From: Nemertoderma westbladi
Lineage: Eukaryota; Animalia; Xenacoelomorpha
Length of the DNA: 47,753 nucleotides
Assembly (NCBI GenBank): GCA_032718475.1
Contig: JAUCBJ010002948.1
Span: forward strand, 1-47,753
Reading direction: 5' to 3'
Positions 21,168-33,330 of this stretch are shown here, piece by piece. The notes under the pieces are model-generated. The model was not told where the DNA came from and made no database searches. It saw only the letters and a program-made list of their open reading frames with translations. The stretch's first letter is position 1, and each line of letters starts with the position of its first letter. Both the position numbers and the translations under genes were made by a program.

Positions 21168-22065
21168 TGGGACTAAGACTGTGGGACTAAGACTGTGGGT
21201 CTAAGACTGTGGGACTAAGACTGTGGGACTAAGACTGTGGGATTAAGACTGTGGGACTAAGACTGTGGGACTAAGACTGTGGGACTAAGACTGTGGGACT
21301 AAGACTGTGGGACTAAGACTGTGGGACTAAGACTGTGGGACTAAGACTGTGGGACTAAGACTGTGGGACTAAGACTGTGGGACTAAGACTGTGGGACTAA
21401 GACTGTGTGGGACTAAGACTGTGGGACTAAGACTGTGGGACTAAGACTGTGGGACTAAGACTGTGGGACTAAGACTGTGGGACTAAGACTGTGGGACTAA
21501 GACTGTGGGACTAAGACTGTGGGACTAAGACTGTGGGACTAAACACTGTGGGACTAAGACTGTGGGACTAAGACTGTGGGACTAAGACTGTGGGACTAAG
21601 ACTGTGGGTCTAAGACTGTGGGACTAAGACTGTGGGTCTAAGACTGTGGGACTAAGACTGTGGGACTAAGACTGTAGGACTAAGACTGTGGGACTAAGAC
21701 TGTGGGACTAAGACTGTGGGACTAAGACTGTGTCTAAGACTGTGGGACTAAGACTGTGTCTAAGACTGTGGGACTAAGACTGTGGGACTAAGACTGTGTG
21801 ACTAAGACTGTGGGACTAAGACTCTGGGACTAAGACTGTGGGACTAAGACTGTGGGACTAAGACTGTGGGACTAAGACTGTGGAACTAAGACTGTGGAAC
21901 TAAGACTGTGGGACTAAGACTGTGGGACTAAGACTGTGGGACTAAGACTGTGGCACTAAGACTGTGGGACTAAGACTGTGGGACTAAGACTGTGGGACTA
22001 AGACTGTGGGTCTAAGACTGTGGGACTAAGACTGTGGGACTGAGACTGTGGGACTAAGACTGTGG
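21168..22065. repeat. 14-bp minisatellite (gggactaagactgt)n, ~64 copies
   Basis: Directly visible tandem array with rare variants. Confidence 0.98.
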
Positions 22066-22260
22066 TGTTGAACTTCGTTATTTTATTAAATATCGTTGAT
22101 TTAATAATAGCGGCGGAATGGGCATTTAAAAATGGCACAGACAGACCGACAGACCACCCAGAATGTATTGCGAATGTCAGAACAACAAAGCTGTACTTAT
22201 ATGTGTTTGCCCACGTTATAATGTACGAAAAGAAAGAATAAAAAAAATAAAAAAAAGATC

Positions 22261-22999
22261 TTACTATACGTGTGTGTTTCAAGGTTCAGTTCCGACCCAT
22301 TAGAGTAGCGATATAGTCAGTACCGACAAAAATGAGTGGCGGTCGTTTCCTTGTTGGGCTACGTGAGGTACTGAACTCTGAGCGTATATTACGAACACGT
22401 CATCTAATCGATGCCGACATAGACTTTTGGCTTGACTCCAGCCTGAATACTCAGCCAATCGATCTAACGGAACTAGATAAAAGTCTAGAAGACAACTGTG
22501 ATTCCATAATCATGTCGGGGCTGTCGGAGGATACTGTGGAAGTTGTGGAACATGTTGGAGGTTTTCTCATTAGGAAAATGCGCGGGAAATCGGTCGAAGT
22601 GTGTGGTGATTGTCCATTATTTAAAAGCGTCGCCGTTCGTGATGAAAACTGTACATCATCGTCATCCTATACATATCTATATTATATCGAGGCGGCTTGA
22701 TAATACCTTCTAAGTCATTCGTTGAGTCTCTGGCAGATGTCTTTGCTCGTCTAGATTACAGCGAATCGCTACTAATAAATTCGGGTGTCCCAATCAGACT
22801 TGCCGCAATGCGCTTTATGGAGATGTATGGTGTACAAACCGATTTATTGTTCTGTGATACTCACAAATCCCGCATTACAGTTTTCAACCGCACCATCGTT
22901 AACATATACTTCAACAACGCACAACGTGAGTTGACTCACGAGCGTCGTGTGCAAAGCATTGTCACATTTAAACAACGACAGCGGTCAAAGTTGATGTAA
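22261..22999 (+). pseudogene. C-terminal relic of a P-element/THAP9-like transposase
   Basis: YVCVSRFSSDPLE*RYSQYRQ/MSGG (catalytic-E region), HVGGF...CGDC, RGGLIIPS, FCDTH. One stop and two frameshifts. A possible right terminus ...CGCCTTG ends at 23211. Confidence 0.75.
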
Positions 23000-24019
23000 T
23001 AGAGTTAAATAATTGCGTATTGAATACTAGATAATAGATATTATTTAGGGAGTTAGGGGTGGTTCATACATGATGTCACGGTTTTATTTTTATTTTGTTT
23101 TTTATTGTCTCTAAGAGTCAAACTAGTAACTGGGTGATTATTGTTTATATAATTTGCTATATAACTGGAAAATATAGAGACAGGGGGGAACTCGACGCAA
23201 AATCCGCCTTGGCAAATTAATTTATTACGTCCAGTCCCCCCCCCCCCCCCCCCCCCCCCCTATCTGGCTATCTGTATTCTAATATACAGATAGCTGTATC
23301 CTAATCTGTGTCATTTATCACCCAACCAGCAGTTATTTTGTCGTGTAACTATTCCACTATTAAAAAGCGGGCAAATAACTTCTCTGGGTGGGTAATATCT
23401 GAAAATAGAAGTTAACTTATGTTAATTATTTTCGCACACTATGTGACTCAGCCATTTTAGACATCCATAGATTGCCTCTGTAAATAAAGAGTAACATAGT
23501 AAAAATACAGTCTAGTCTTGAGGTTAATTGTGTTTTCGTTGTACTCTAATCCTGAATTGTCCTCTAATTGTAAACTAATTCTGCAACGTTTTTTACCCCA
23601 AGGCAGTACAATAATTCCATTCAAACGATGCTATACGGAAGAAACGCAATGGCCTCTTTTTTCTAGGCCAAATCGACAACCTGTTAGGCCGTATATACAG
23701 TATAGTCAGATAGTAGGCCATGGTACAGAGCGCAGTCAGGCAGTGCAACTGTCAGCCTGTCCGCACAGCAGGAACTGCCGCATTACAACAAACTTAACTT
23801 ACTGGTGTTACCGGTAACAGAGCAACAATACCTGTAGTACAACATCGCCTAACGCTGAAACTACTAGCAGTGAATTACATCCTGCAGTCCTGACTGCCTG
23901 AACTGATGTATGATTGTATCCTCTTAGCCTGAGCCTACTACCTGCAACCTGACTGCCTGTACATACTGCGTACTGACTGACAGACCAGCAGACTGTAGGA
24001 CTGTAGGAAGTGTTGAATT

Positions 24020-27000
24020 ATGTGGAAATCTCAAACGGGAAAAGTCGCTCCACCACCAGTTGATGATGATGACGATTGGGATACTGATCCTAATTTTGTG
24101 GTAAGTTCCGCTTTGTAGGCCTAAATCTGTAAATCCATAATTTTGTGGTAAGTTCCGCTTTGTAAATCCCTAATTTTGTGGTAAGTTCTGCTTTGTAAAT
24201 CCCAAATTTTGTGGTAAGTTCCGCTTTGTAAATCCCTAATTTTGTGGTAAGTTCCGCTTTGTAAATCCCTAATTTTGTGGTAAGTTCCGCTTTGTAAGTC
24301 TCTAATTTTGTGGTAAGTTCCGCTTTGTAAATCCCTAATTTTGTGGTAAGTTCCGCTTTGTAAATCCCTAATTTTGTGGTAAGTTCCGCTTTGTAAGTCA
24401 GGCAGTTCTACAAACTTTCCCGATATCGTGTTACACTGTTTATTTTTCGCGTTTTATTTGGTCATTCCTTCCGAAATATCAATGCAGCAAGTATCAACTG
24501 CCTATGGTTCGTTCCAGGCTTCCGAATTATGGCCAGGCTCGACTCATGAGGGGACTGTCCCGGCTGCCTGGGCCGCAAGTCAGTTCATATCGATTTTACG
24601 AATTGACAGATTGATTTGACAACATTATTCTAGTTAGTTTAGATACAGATAGGTATATCAGTATATATATATAGTCTGCAGTTTGAAAGTTAGTTTTGAC
24701 CACCATGTCGGTTGAAATTTATCGTTATACATGAACGAACACACTTCCTTATTGATATGGTTTTCATTCTGTTTGATTTAGGCCTGTTAAGTCATGCAAT
24801 CATCGCAAACCCGAAATGCACAATTCAGTGCCAGATATCTTTCGCTACCGGTATATTGTTTGGTTTGGTGTTGGGCGGCGCGGCGCAGGTTCAAATCCGA
24901 GTAAAAGCTGTAGAAATTTCGCACCCTTCCTAAACACGACTAAGATTTTCTCCAACCCAGCAGAAGTTAGTGGGAACTTAACTTCTGCTGGGGTAGTATT
25001 CGGTTCTGTTGGTGGTTGGTAGTTACGGATGTAGTTTGGTGACTGGCCCGCCTTATACAGTTATAGGAGGTAACAGCCAAGATCCTTCTGGTTGTCTCCG
25101 AGGTTTCGTCTTGGTGTAACTTATCTTTACTTAGGGTTAACCCTCTAACCCACCAAATATAATATATCTGTTTGTTTCAGAATGATTTAACGGAAAAGGA
25201 ACAAAGATGGGGATCGAAAACTGTGGAAGGGTCAGGTCGTCAAGGCGATATAAAGTAAGTAGCCTCAATAGATATGGAGAGTTATTGACAAATAGCACTC
25301 GCTTCTCCCACCCCCCCCCCCCCCCCTTCTCCCCTTCCTTCACCCCTCCCTTCTCCCCTCCATTATCCCCTTCCTTCTCCCCTTCCTTCTCCCCACCCTT
25401 CCCCCCACCCTTCTCCCCCTTCTCCACTCCCTTATCCCCTCCCTTATCCCCTCCCTTCTCCCCTCCCTTCTCCCCACCCTTCTCCCCCTTCTCCCCTCCA
25501 TTCTCCCCTCCCTTCCCCCCCCCCTTCTCCCCTCCCTTCTCACCTCCCTAATCCCCACCCTTCTACCCTCCCTTCTCCCCTCCATTATCCCCTTCCTTCT
25601 CCCCTCCCTTCTCCCCACCCTTCCCCCCTTCTCCCCACCCTTCTCCCCCTTCTCCCCTCCCTTATCCCCTCCCTTCTCCCCGCCCTTCTCCCCCTTCTCC
25701 CCTCCCTTCTCCCCTCCCTTCTCCCCTCCCTTCTCCCCTCCCTTCTCCCCTCCCTTCTCCCCTCCCTTCTCCCCTCCCTTCTCCCCTCCCTTCTCCCATC
25801 CCTTCTCCCCTCCTTCTCCCCTCCCTTCTCCCCTCCCTTCTCCCCTCCCTTATCCCCTCCCTTCCCTTCCCCTCTCCCTCCCCTTCTCCCCTCCCCTCTC
25901 CCTCCCTTCTCCCCTCCATTCTCCCCTCCCTTCTCCCATCCCTTTCCCTCTACCTTCCCTTCTCCCCTCCCTTCTTCCCTCCCTTCCCCCCTCCCTTCTC
26001 CCCTCCCTTCTCCCCTCCCTTCTCCCCTCCCCTTTCCCCACCCTTCTCCCCACCCTTCTCCCCCTTCTCCCCTCCCTTCTCCCCTCCCTTCTCCAGCATT
26101 TGCCCAGCATTTGCTTTGGACAATGGTTGGAAATACCAACCATGGCCCGACCAGACAATAAACTCTCATGGGAAAATTTTCAAACGCATTTGTCATGACA
26201 CTGGGTGTATAATTTTAAACGGCTTATCAACTCATTCATCCCTTTATCAGGGTGGTCTCACGTTTAGGATAAAAGATAAATGGGGTTCTGCTCTAGATTA
26301 TTTAGTATCCCCGGTTAACGAGGTATCTAAAGTCCCCTCAGCTATTAAATGCATGAATGTGGACAGAGATTTACGACTCCCCACTGACCATGCTCCGATC
26401 AGCGTAACTGTTGTTGCAACAAATATAACGTCATCACAACTACTCAACCGAGCGAAATGTTTGGGCGATGAGCTTTTGAATGCCTCAGATGCAATATCTG
26501 GACCCCCAACGGTGAATTGTGTTAAGGGAATTAAACCCAACTGCGCTTCACTTGATAAGTTTAAGTCGTTGTTAGAGTTAGCTATTCCTCCGAGCTATGC
26601 TCACTGCATGGCTCGCCCCTCTACCATTTACCAACCCATTATACAAACTGCCCAGTCTGATATTGATGCAATGTGCGGTGATTTCTCACTAAATATTTAC
26701 AAATACATATCTAACTCAAAACGTACCTCGAATTATGTAACACAGGAGCCAGTGACGGCAGGATTCGGATCAACGAAGAGTCGATGGGCGCGTCTCGCAA
26801 CCAATAATGACCCAAAACGCCTTTGGGCAGACATCGACTGGAATGGAGAAGTCTTATCTGACCAAGAATCCGGTACTCCTACTGACGATGAGTTTGCCGC
26901 ACACTATTCAAAGCTACTTAATGACTACACATTTGTTGAACGGGAGATTGTCTCAGACAGAAGGTTCTTTTCGGGGAATCTCATTGATCTCGATTGCTGC

Positions 27001-30000
27001 AAAGCTATACAATAGGATTCTATTAAATCGCATCAGGGATCCCATTGAGAGACTGCTCCGTGGAAATCAGAATGGGTTCCATAAAGGTCGTGGGACCATG
27101 GAGCCCATTTTGGCACTTAGAAGGATAATTGAAGAATTACCAAAAAAGAAAGACAGGCATCTGGCTGTTATCTTTGTTGACTTCTTCAAGGCCTTTGATT
27201 CAGTCTCTCGTTCACGTATGTTCAGCATACTTTCATTATATGGGATTCCTGATGAAATTATTGCAGCAATCAGATCAGTATACGATGGTTCGACAACATT
27301 TGTGTCTACTGTTGAAGGTGACATGAAACCATTTGAAGTGTTATGGGGCGTCCTCCAAGGAGACACACTTGCACCATTCTTGTTCATTATTGTGGTTGAC
27401 TATGTTCTACGCATGTCCTTAGATCATCATAATGATGATGGGGTGATGATAACTCCACCTACTGGCTCCAGAAGTCGAGGAAATCCTGCCAAGTACCTAA
27501 CTGATCTAGACTTTGCTGATGACTTAGGAGTACTCTCAGAATCATTAGATGGAGCCCAACGGCTCCTCAGCTCATTAGAACATGCTGCTTCTAGTGTTGG
27601 TCTTTTTATTAACTCCAGAAAGACCAAAATTCTGACCGTTAACTTTGAAAGTCCTCAGCAAGTCTCTGATCGGATGAGCATAAGCTCAAAGGATGGTATG
27701 CTTGAGCATGTGGACGACTTCTGTTACCTGGGATCATGGATCCGGAAGTCAGGTGAGGACCTTCGAATACGTAAGGGAAAGGCATGGGCAGCCTTGAATA
27801 GGCTTTCCAGGATTTGGAAGTCACCGAGAATTAATCGGAAACTTAAGGTCCGATTATTTAGAGCAGCAGTAGTTCCAGTACTCCTCTACGGGAGTCCATG
27901 CTGGGCTCTAACTGCTGAGGACACCAAATCTCTGGATGGCACATTCACAAGAATGCTACGCCGGGTTCATTGTGTCAAGTACAATGCACACATCTCCAAC
28001 CAGACACTATATAACATTGGAGGTGTCCCATTGGTTCCCCCAAGCTTGACATAGAACAAAATCGCCTCCGCTTTGCAGGACATTGCTTTCGCCGTGAGGA
28101 CCAGCCAGTGCATAATCTTGTACTTTGGCAGCCTCATGGAGTGAATAAGCATGGTGGACAGCCCATGACTTTCTTGAGACGCATCTTAAAGGACACTGGC
28201 CTTAAAGATGCGGATGATCTAGCAAATGTCATGGGTGATAGGGAGTTGTGGCGGTGCAATTTTGTTGACAAGCCGGCACAGCATTCTTAAAAATGCAGCT
28301 GCAATGCAGCATGCCGATCCTAGTAGTAGTAGTAGTTGTCTCAGACATAAATATACCATTACTTGACGATGACATAACAATTAACGAGGTCTATAACGCT
28401 GCATCCAACCTGCGACGCGGGAGAGCTTGTGGCCCTGATGGTATTTCTGCAGATTACCTAAAAGCCTTACCTGTCCAATGGCTTTTAACTATTGTTTTTA
28501 TACTAAATTGTGTGTTTACCTCGGGGCTATATCCTTTGAACTGGTGTTACACACGATTTGTGTCTGTGTTTAAGAAAGGAAATAAGTTGATATGCTCGAA
28601 TTACCGCGGTATAAGTATTATAAATTCTCTAGCTAAGCTCTATGACGCTATACTTACTTTCAGACTACAATCCTGGTTGAGACCTCTCCCTGAGCAAGCC
28701 GGTTCATGTAAAGGAAGAGGCTGTTTAGAACAGATCTTAGCACTCCGCCTCCTGTGTAACTATGCCAGAGAAACTAATAAGACCCTGTTTTTGGTATTCA
28801 TAGATTTCAAAACTGCATACGATATCGTCAATAGAAATTACTTGTTCCAGATATTACTTGACAGAGGTTGCGGTGGCAGAATGCTCCGTGCATTGCAATC
28901 AATTTACAAAGGAACACATGCACTGATTGGATCTGCTATAGTATCATTTAATAAAGGGCTCCGTCAAGGTTCCCCTGCCAGTGGATATTTGTTTACGTTG
29001 CTAATAGATGTATTTGTCCGTGCCCTACGTTCCCTCACCCCCGATAGTTGGCTAAAGTTGCTACATTCTGTTTTACTAATGGATGACACAGCGGTGCTTG
29101 CGACAAATAGATTGGCCGCTTTGGCCAAGCTGGATATACTAATTAATTTTTGCAAGTCTTCTGGTATGACATTGAACGAGAAGAAATCGATGTTTATGGT
29201 GATAAACGGCACTCTGAGTGGTAGGGAAGATATCATTCTGGAAGAGTATACCATAAAACATACTTCATCATATATTTATCTTGGCTCACCAATCACCAGT
29301 GATGGTTTAGTATCAACTGCAGTATCCCTCCATGCATCTGAGAAACAATGCCATCGGCTTAAGTACAGTTCATTTCTAATGAAAAACCCGGACATTCCGT
29401 TTATGATTAAAAAACAATTGTTCAATGCAGCAGTTGTGTCAGCAATAACATATGGTTGCGAAACGTGGTTAGGTGCTAATCTGAATGACGTCGAGGCTCT
29501 ATATGTCAATGGTAAGGAGTTTGCTAGGTGTTAGACCCACCACGTGTGGAGACATATGTCTCATTGAAGCGGGAATCCCTGACTTGAAATCGTTGGTACG
29601 TGAGAGACAACGAAAGTTCCTTACTAAATTCAAGGTTATTGAAGACTCCCCTCTTGCTGTCGCAATAGAAATAGCGAAAGATGGTAACACATCGATGTCC
29701 GCGAAAATAGATTCTTTGAAATCAGAACAGCGTAATGTTATAGACGAAGGTTCCCGACTCGTCAAGAAAAACGTTTCACTTTCAACGAGTACGAAACGCC
29801 ACCTGTTCAAGCTAATGAACCCGGACTTAACTTCCCCCCAGCTCTATTGTGACCCCTCAGTTCCCGAACGTCATCGCATCCCCTGGACCCGTTTTCGGCT
29901 GGATAGCCATAACTTCCCAGTAGAACGGATGAGATGGAAGAGGGCTAAACCCGAGGACCGAGTTTGTGGATGTGGTGGGATTCAGACCGAAGCCCATATA

Positions 30001-32328
30001 GTTGTAGATTGTCCTATGACAAGGACGTTAAGACGAGAATGCGCCCCCCTGTCTTGGTTATCTATGACTGAGATGTTCTGTCTGGATAACCAAGCCAAAA
30101 TAGCAAAATTTATCTCAAAATTAGATAATGTATTCGATTGAGTAAACAGCCCCCCCCCCCCCCCCCCCGATATATGTAATGTTTGATATACTTAGTTAGT
30201 ATTATGTGTGTTTGTTGGGAATATAAATATATGTTACTCTACTATGTATTACATCTGGTCCTCACACGGATATAATGTTGTCTATATAAACATCTGTAAT
30301 ATTTTTGTATGATAATGTGCTGTCTTATTTTGAGGGTGACGGTAGATATTTTGATTTGTACGTCTCATTTTGTATCTTGTTTAGTGCATATTACCGATGT
30401 TAGTTATGTAACAGTTAATGTGAAGACAATAAACAATCAATCAATCAATCTCCCCTCCCTTCTCCCCTCCCTTCTCCCCTCCATTCTCCCCTCCCTTCTC
30501 CCCTACCTTCCCTTCCCCTCTCCCTCCCTTCTCCCCTCCCTTCTCCCCTCCATTCTCACCTCCCCTTTCCCCACCCTTCTCCCCTCCCTTCTCCCTTCCC
30601 TTCTCCCTTCCCTTCTCCCCTCCCTTCTCCCTTCCCCTCCCTTCTCCCCACCCTTCTCCCCACCCTTCTCCCCTCCCTTCTTCCCTCCCTTCCCCCCTCC
30701 CTTCTCCCCTCCCTTCTCCCCTCCCATTTCCCCACCCTTCTCCCCTCCCTTCTCCCCTCCCATTTCCCCTCCCTTCTCCCCTCCCTTCTCCCTTACCTTC
30801 TCCCCTCCCTTCTCCCTTCCCTTCCCTTCTCCCCTCCCTTCTCCCCACCCTTCTCCCCCTTCTCCCCTCCCTTCTTCCCTCCCTTCCCCCCTCCCTTCTC
30901 CCCTCCCTTCTCCCCTCCCATTTCCCCACCCTTCTCCCCTCCCTTCTCCCCTCCCATTTCCCCACCCTTCTCCCCCCCCTTCTCCCCTCCCTTCTCCCTT
31001 CCCTTCCCTTCTCCCCTCCCTTCTCCCCTTCTCCCCTCCCTTCTTCCCTCCCTTCCCCCCTCCCTTCTCCCCTCCCTTCTCCCCTCCCATTTCCCCACCC
31101 TTCTCCCCTCCCTTCTCCCCTCCCATTTCCCCACCCTTCTCCCTTCCCTTCTCCCCTCCCTTCTCCCTTCCCTTCCCTTCTCCCCTCCCTTCTCCCCACC
31201 CTTCTCCCCACCCTTATCCCCCTTCTCCCCTCCCTTCTTCCCTCCCTTCCCCCCTCCCTTCTCCCCTCCCTTCTCCCCTCCCATTTCCCCACCCTTCTCC
31301 CCTCCCTTCTCCCCTCCCATTTCCCCACCCTTCTCCCCTCCCTTCCCCCCTCCCTTCCCCCCTCCCTTCTCCCTTACCTTCTCCCCTCCCTTCTCCCCTC
31401 CCTTCTCCCCTCCCTTCTCCCCTCCCTTCTCCCCTCCCTTCTCCCCTCCCTTCTCCCCTCCCTTCTCCCCTCCCTTCTCCCCTCCCTTCTCACATCCCTT
31501 CTCCCTTCCCTTCTCCCTTCCCTTCTCCCTTCCCTTCTCCCCACCCTTCTCCCCTCCCTTCTCCCCTCCCTTCTCCCCTCCCTTCTCCCCTCCTTTCTCC
31601 CCTCCCTTCTCCCCTCCCCTTTCCCCACCCTTCTCCCCTCCCTTCTCCCCTCCCTTCTCCCTTCCCTTCCCTTCTCCCCTCCCTTCTCCCCTCCCTTCTC
31701 ACCTCCCTTATCCCCTCCCTTCTCCCCACCCTTCTCCCCTCCCTTGTCCCCTCCCTTCCCCCCTCCCTTCCCCCATCCCTTCCCCCCTCCCCCCCCCTTC
31801 CCCCCTCCACTCCCTTCTCACCTCCCTTATCCCCTCCCTTCCCTTCCCTTCTCCCCTCCCTTCCCTTCTCCCCACCCTTCTCCCCTCCCTTCTCCCCTCC
31901 CTTCTCACCTCCCTTCTCCCCTCCCTTCCCTTCCCTTCCCTTCTCACCTCCCTTATCCCCTCCCTTCCCTTCCCTTCTACCCCCCTTATCCCCTTACTTC
32001 CCCCCCTCAGTTATAATATATATAACCAAAGTAATATATATCAACTGTTATTGAGTTTGATATCTATTGTGTAACTATTTCATTCAGTATCAACGAGCTC
32101 CGGGACCAGGTTACTGGCGACGATGTTCGCATCCGTAAAGCCTCATACGACGCCGGCCCCAAGGCCTCCTACGGATACGGGGGGGAGTTCGGGGTAGAGA
32201 CAGACAAGGTTGATAAAACCTCAGAGGGTTGGGAGTACAAGGCCAAGGTGGAGAAGCACACCAGTCAGAAAGATTACAAAGTCGGATGGGGAGGCGAGTT
32301 CGGCGTGCAGACGGACAGACAAGATAAG
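24020..32328 (+). CDS. CTTN: Cortactin, 5' part; coding exons 24020..24100, 25181..25254, 32088..32328 (remainder not found in window)
   Basis: [27 protein letters not shown]|[24 protein letters not shown]|NINELRDQV...[21 protein letters not shown]...[26 protein letters not shown]: DDW Arp2/3-binding motif and HS1/cortactin repeats, with GT-AG junctions in compatible phases. Confidence 0.93.
24088..24396 (+). repeat. 33-bp tandem repeat of the cortactin exon 1/intron 1 junction (9 donor sites)
   Basis: Unit cctaattttgtg|gtaagttccgctttgtaaatc. Confidence 0.95.
25302..26094. repeat. Polypyrimidine/polypurine satellite (ttctcccctccc)n, left part
   Basis: Plus strand almost all C/T with a 12-bp period. 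Confidence 0.97.
26095..30450 (+). mobile_element. 5'-truncated non-LTR retrotransposon (APE-RT-CCHC, RTEX-like), interrupted by a second LINE
   Basis: APE end (IILNG, LTF, ALDY, TDHAPI); RT ([31 protein letters not shown]); C-terminal RFRLDSH...CGC...EAHIVVDC; frameshift near 29500; AATAAA followed by a (CAAT)n tail at 30428..30450. Confidence 0.9.
26960..28335 (+). mobile_element. 5'-truncated RTE-clade LINE nested in the element above; TSD TTGTCTCAGACA
   Basis: RT motifs [50 protein letters not shown] (after a frameshift near 28040); (TAG)n tail; TSD at 26948..26959 and 28336..28347. Confidence 0.93.
30451..32008. repeat. Polypyrimidine/polypurine satellite, right part
   Basis: Same 12-bp C/T unit; ends ~80 nt before the cortactin exon 3 acceptor. 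Confidence 0.97.
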
Positions 32329-33149
32329 GTTGGTAACAAGATGTTAGTTGCTATATAGGCTAGGTGTTTGTTATTATACACTTAGTAACTGTTCTTGGAC
32401 TGATCCAGCATTGAATGCGTTCTGAAAACAGTGTTGTGTTGCCACAGTAACTATAACATGAATCCCAATAAACAAGTTGACAATGGATATATGCCGCACA
32501 TAGATAAACGGATGAAACACGGTAAACTATGTAAACCGAAAAACAGTGACATTCTACATCTATCATAAAACTTATTCTACTTCTAATTATGAAACAAGTT
32601 ATTAATTATGTATTTGTAATACGTATTTAAAATTACTCAATAATACTGATATTAATTAACGTACAATTTCATAAAGTCTACTGGAGACCTAGATTTCGCA
32701 TGCAATCAGTCAGCGGATCCGTTTCGCTCCGGGATGGGAGGCTTTCCCATCAGTCCAAATGGAATAACAAAATATGAACGGCGAGATATGATTACCCCTA
32801 AATCTTTGCAGCTTATTTCCAAGGGGGTCCTTTATGTTACTTGGTTACAAATACAATATTACACTACGCTAACCTAAAACCAATATAAAACGTAATTACA
32901 CTACGTACAACTTTACTGAGAGCGATCAACACTCGTTCTGACTCAACGATAAAGATGTAACCATGTAACCATTTTATCAAGCGCCACAACGAGGTTAGGG
33001 AGGTTCTTAGATATTTAATCTCAGCAGTGGTCGGTCCATCTTCTGTCGAGCAGGAGGTGATACGCGTGAATGGGCACCTCGACCAACAGGGAGTACCCAT
33101 TGGGGGAGTTCGCGCGAACCACGTGGAGCGTGGTATCTGGACCAACCAG

Positions 33150-33330
33150 AGGGTGGCGTCTCGAGCAGAGAGTCCGCGCTAAGAAGCAGCATTACCGTGA
33201 TGTGTGCGAGTCGACGAGGATGACATTTACACCACTTGTCGACACCGCGGAAGGCGTGTGGTGTAAGGAAACCGACATCCTCATGCATCACAAACTGAGA
33301 AACGAACTGCACGTTCTGGAACGCGGTTTG
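33150..33330 (+). pseudogene. Fragment resembling the C-terminal restriction-like endonuclease region of a CRE/HERO-type non-LTR element
   Basis: RAKKQHYRDVCESTRMTFTPLVDTAEGVW fits the recalled KxxxY...C...F.PLV....G pattern. Confidence 0.45.

Noticed and set aside
21168-22065. Telomeric repeat
   Set aside because: The 14-bp unit is not TTAGGG-like and the array is interstitial.
23267-23294. gctatctgtat...atacagatagc hairpin as a transposon footprint
   Set aside because: Short AT-rich arms, no TSD, no CA terminus.
25137-26196. Pro-rich and Gly/Glu/Arg-rich ORFs
   Set aside because: Low-complexity C/T satellite within cortactin intron 2.
30309-32054. 581-aa extensin-like ORF
   Set aside because: LINE 3'UTR plus polypyrimidine satellite; no coding signature.
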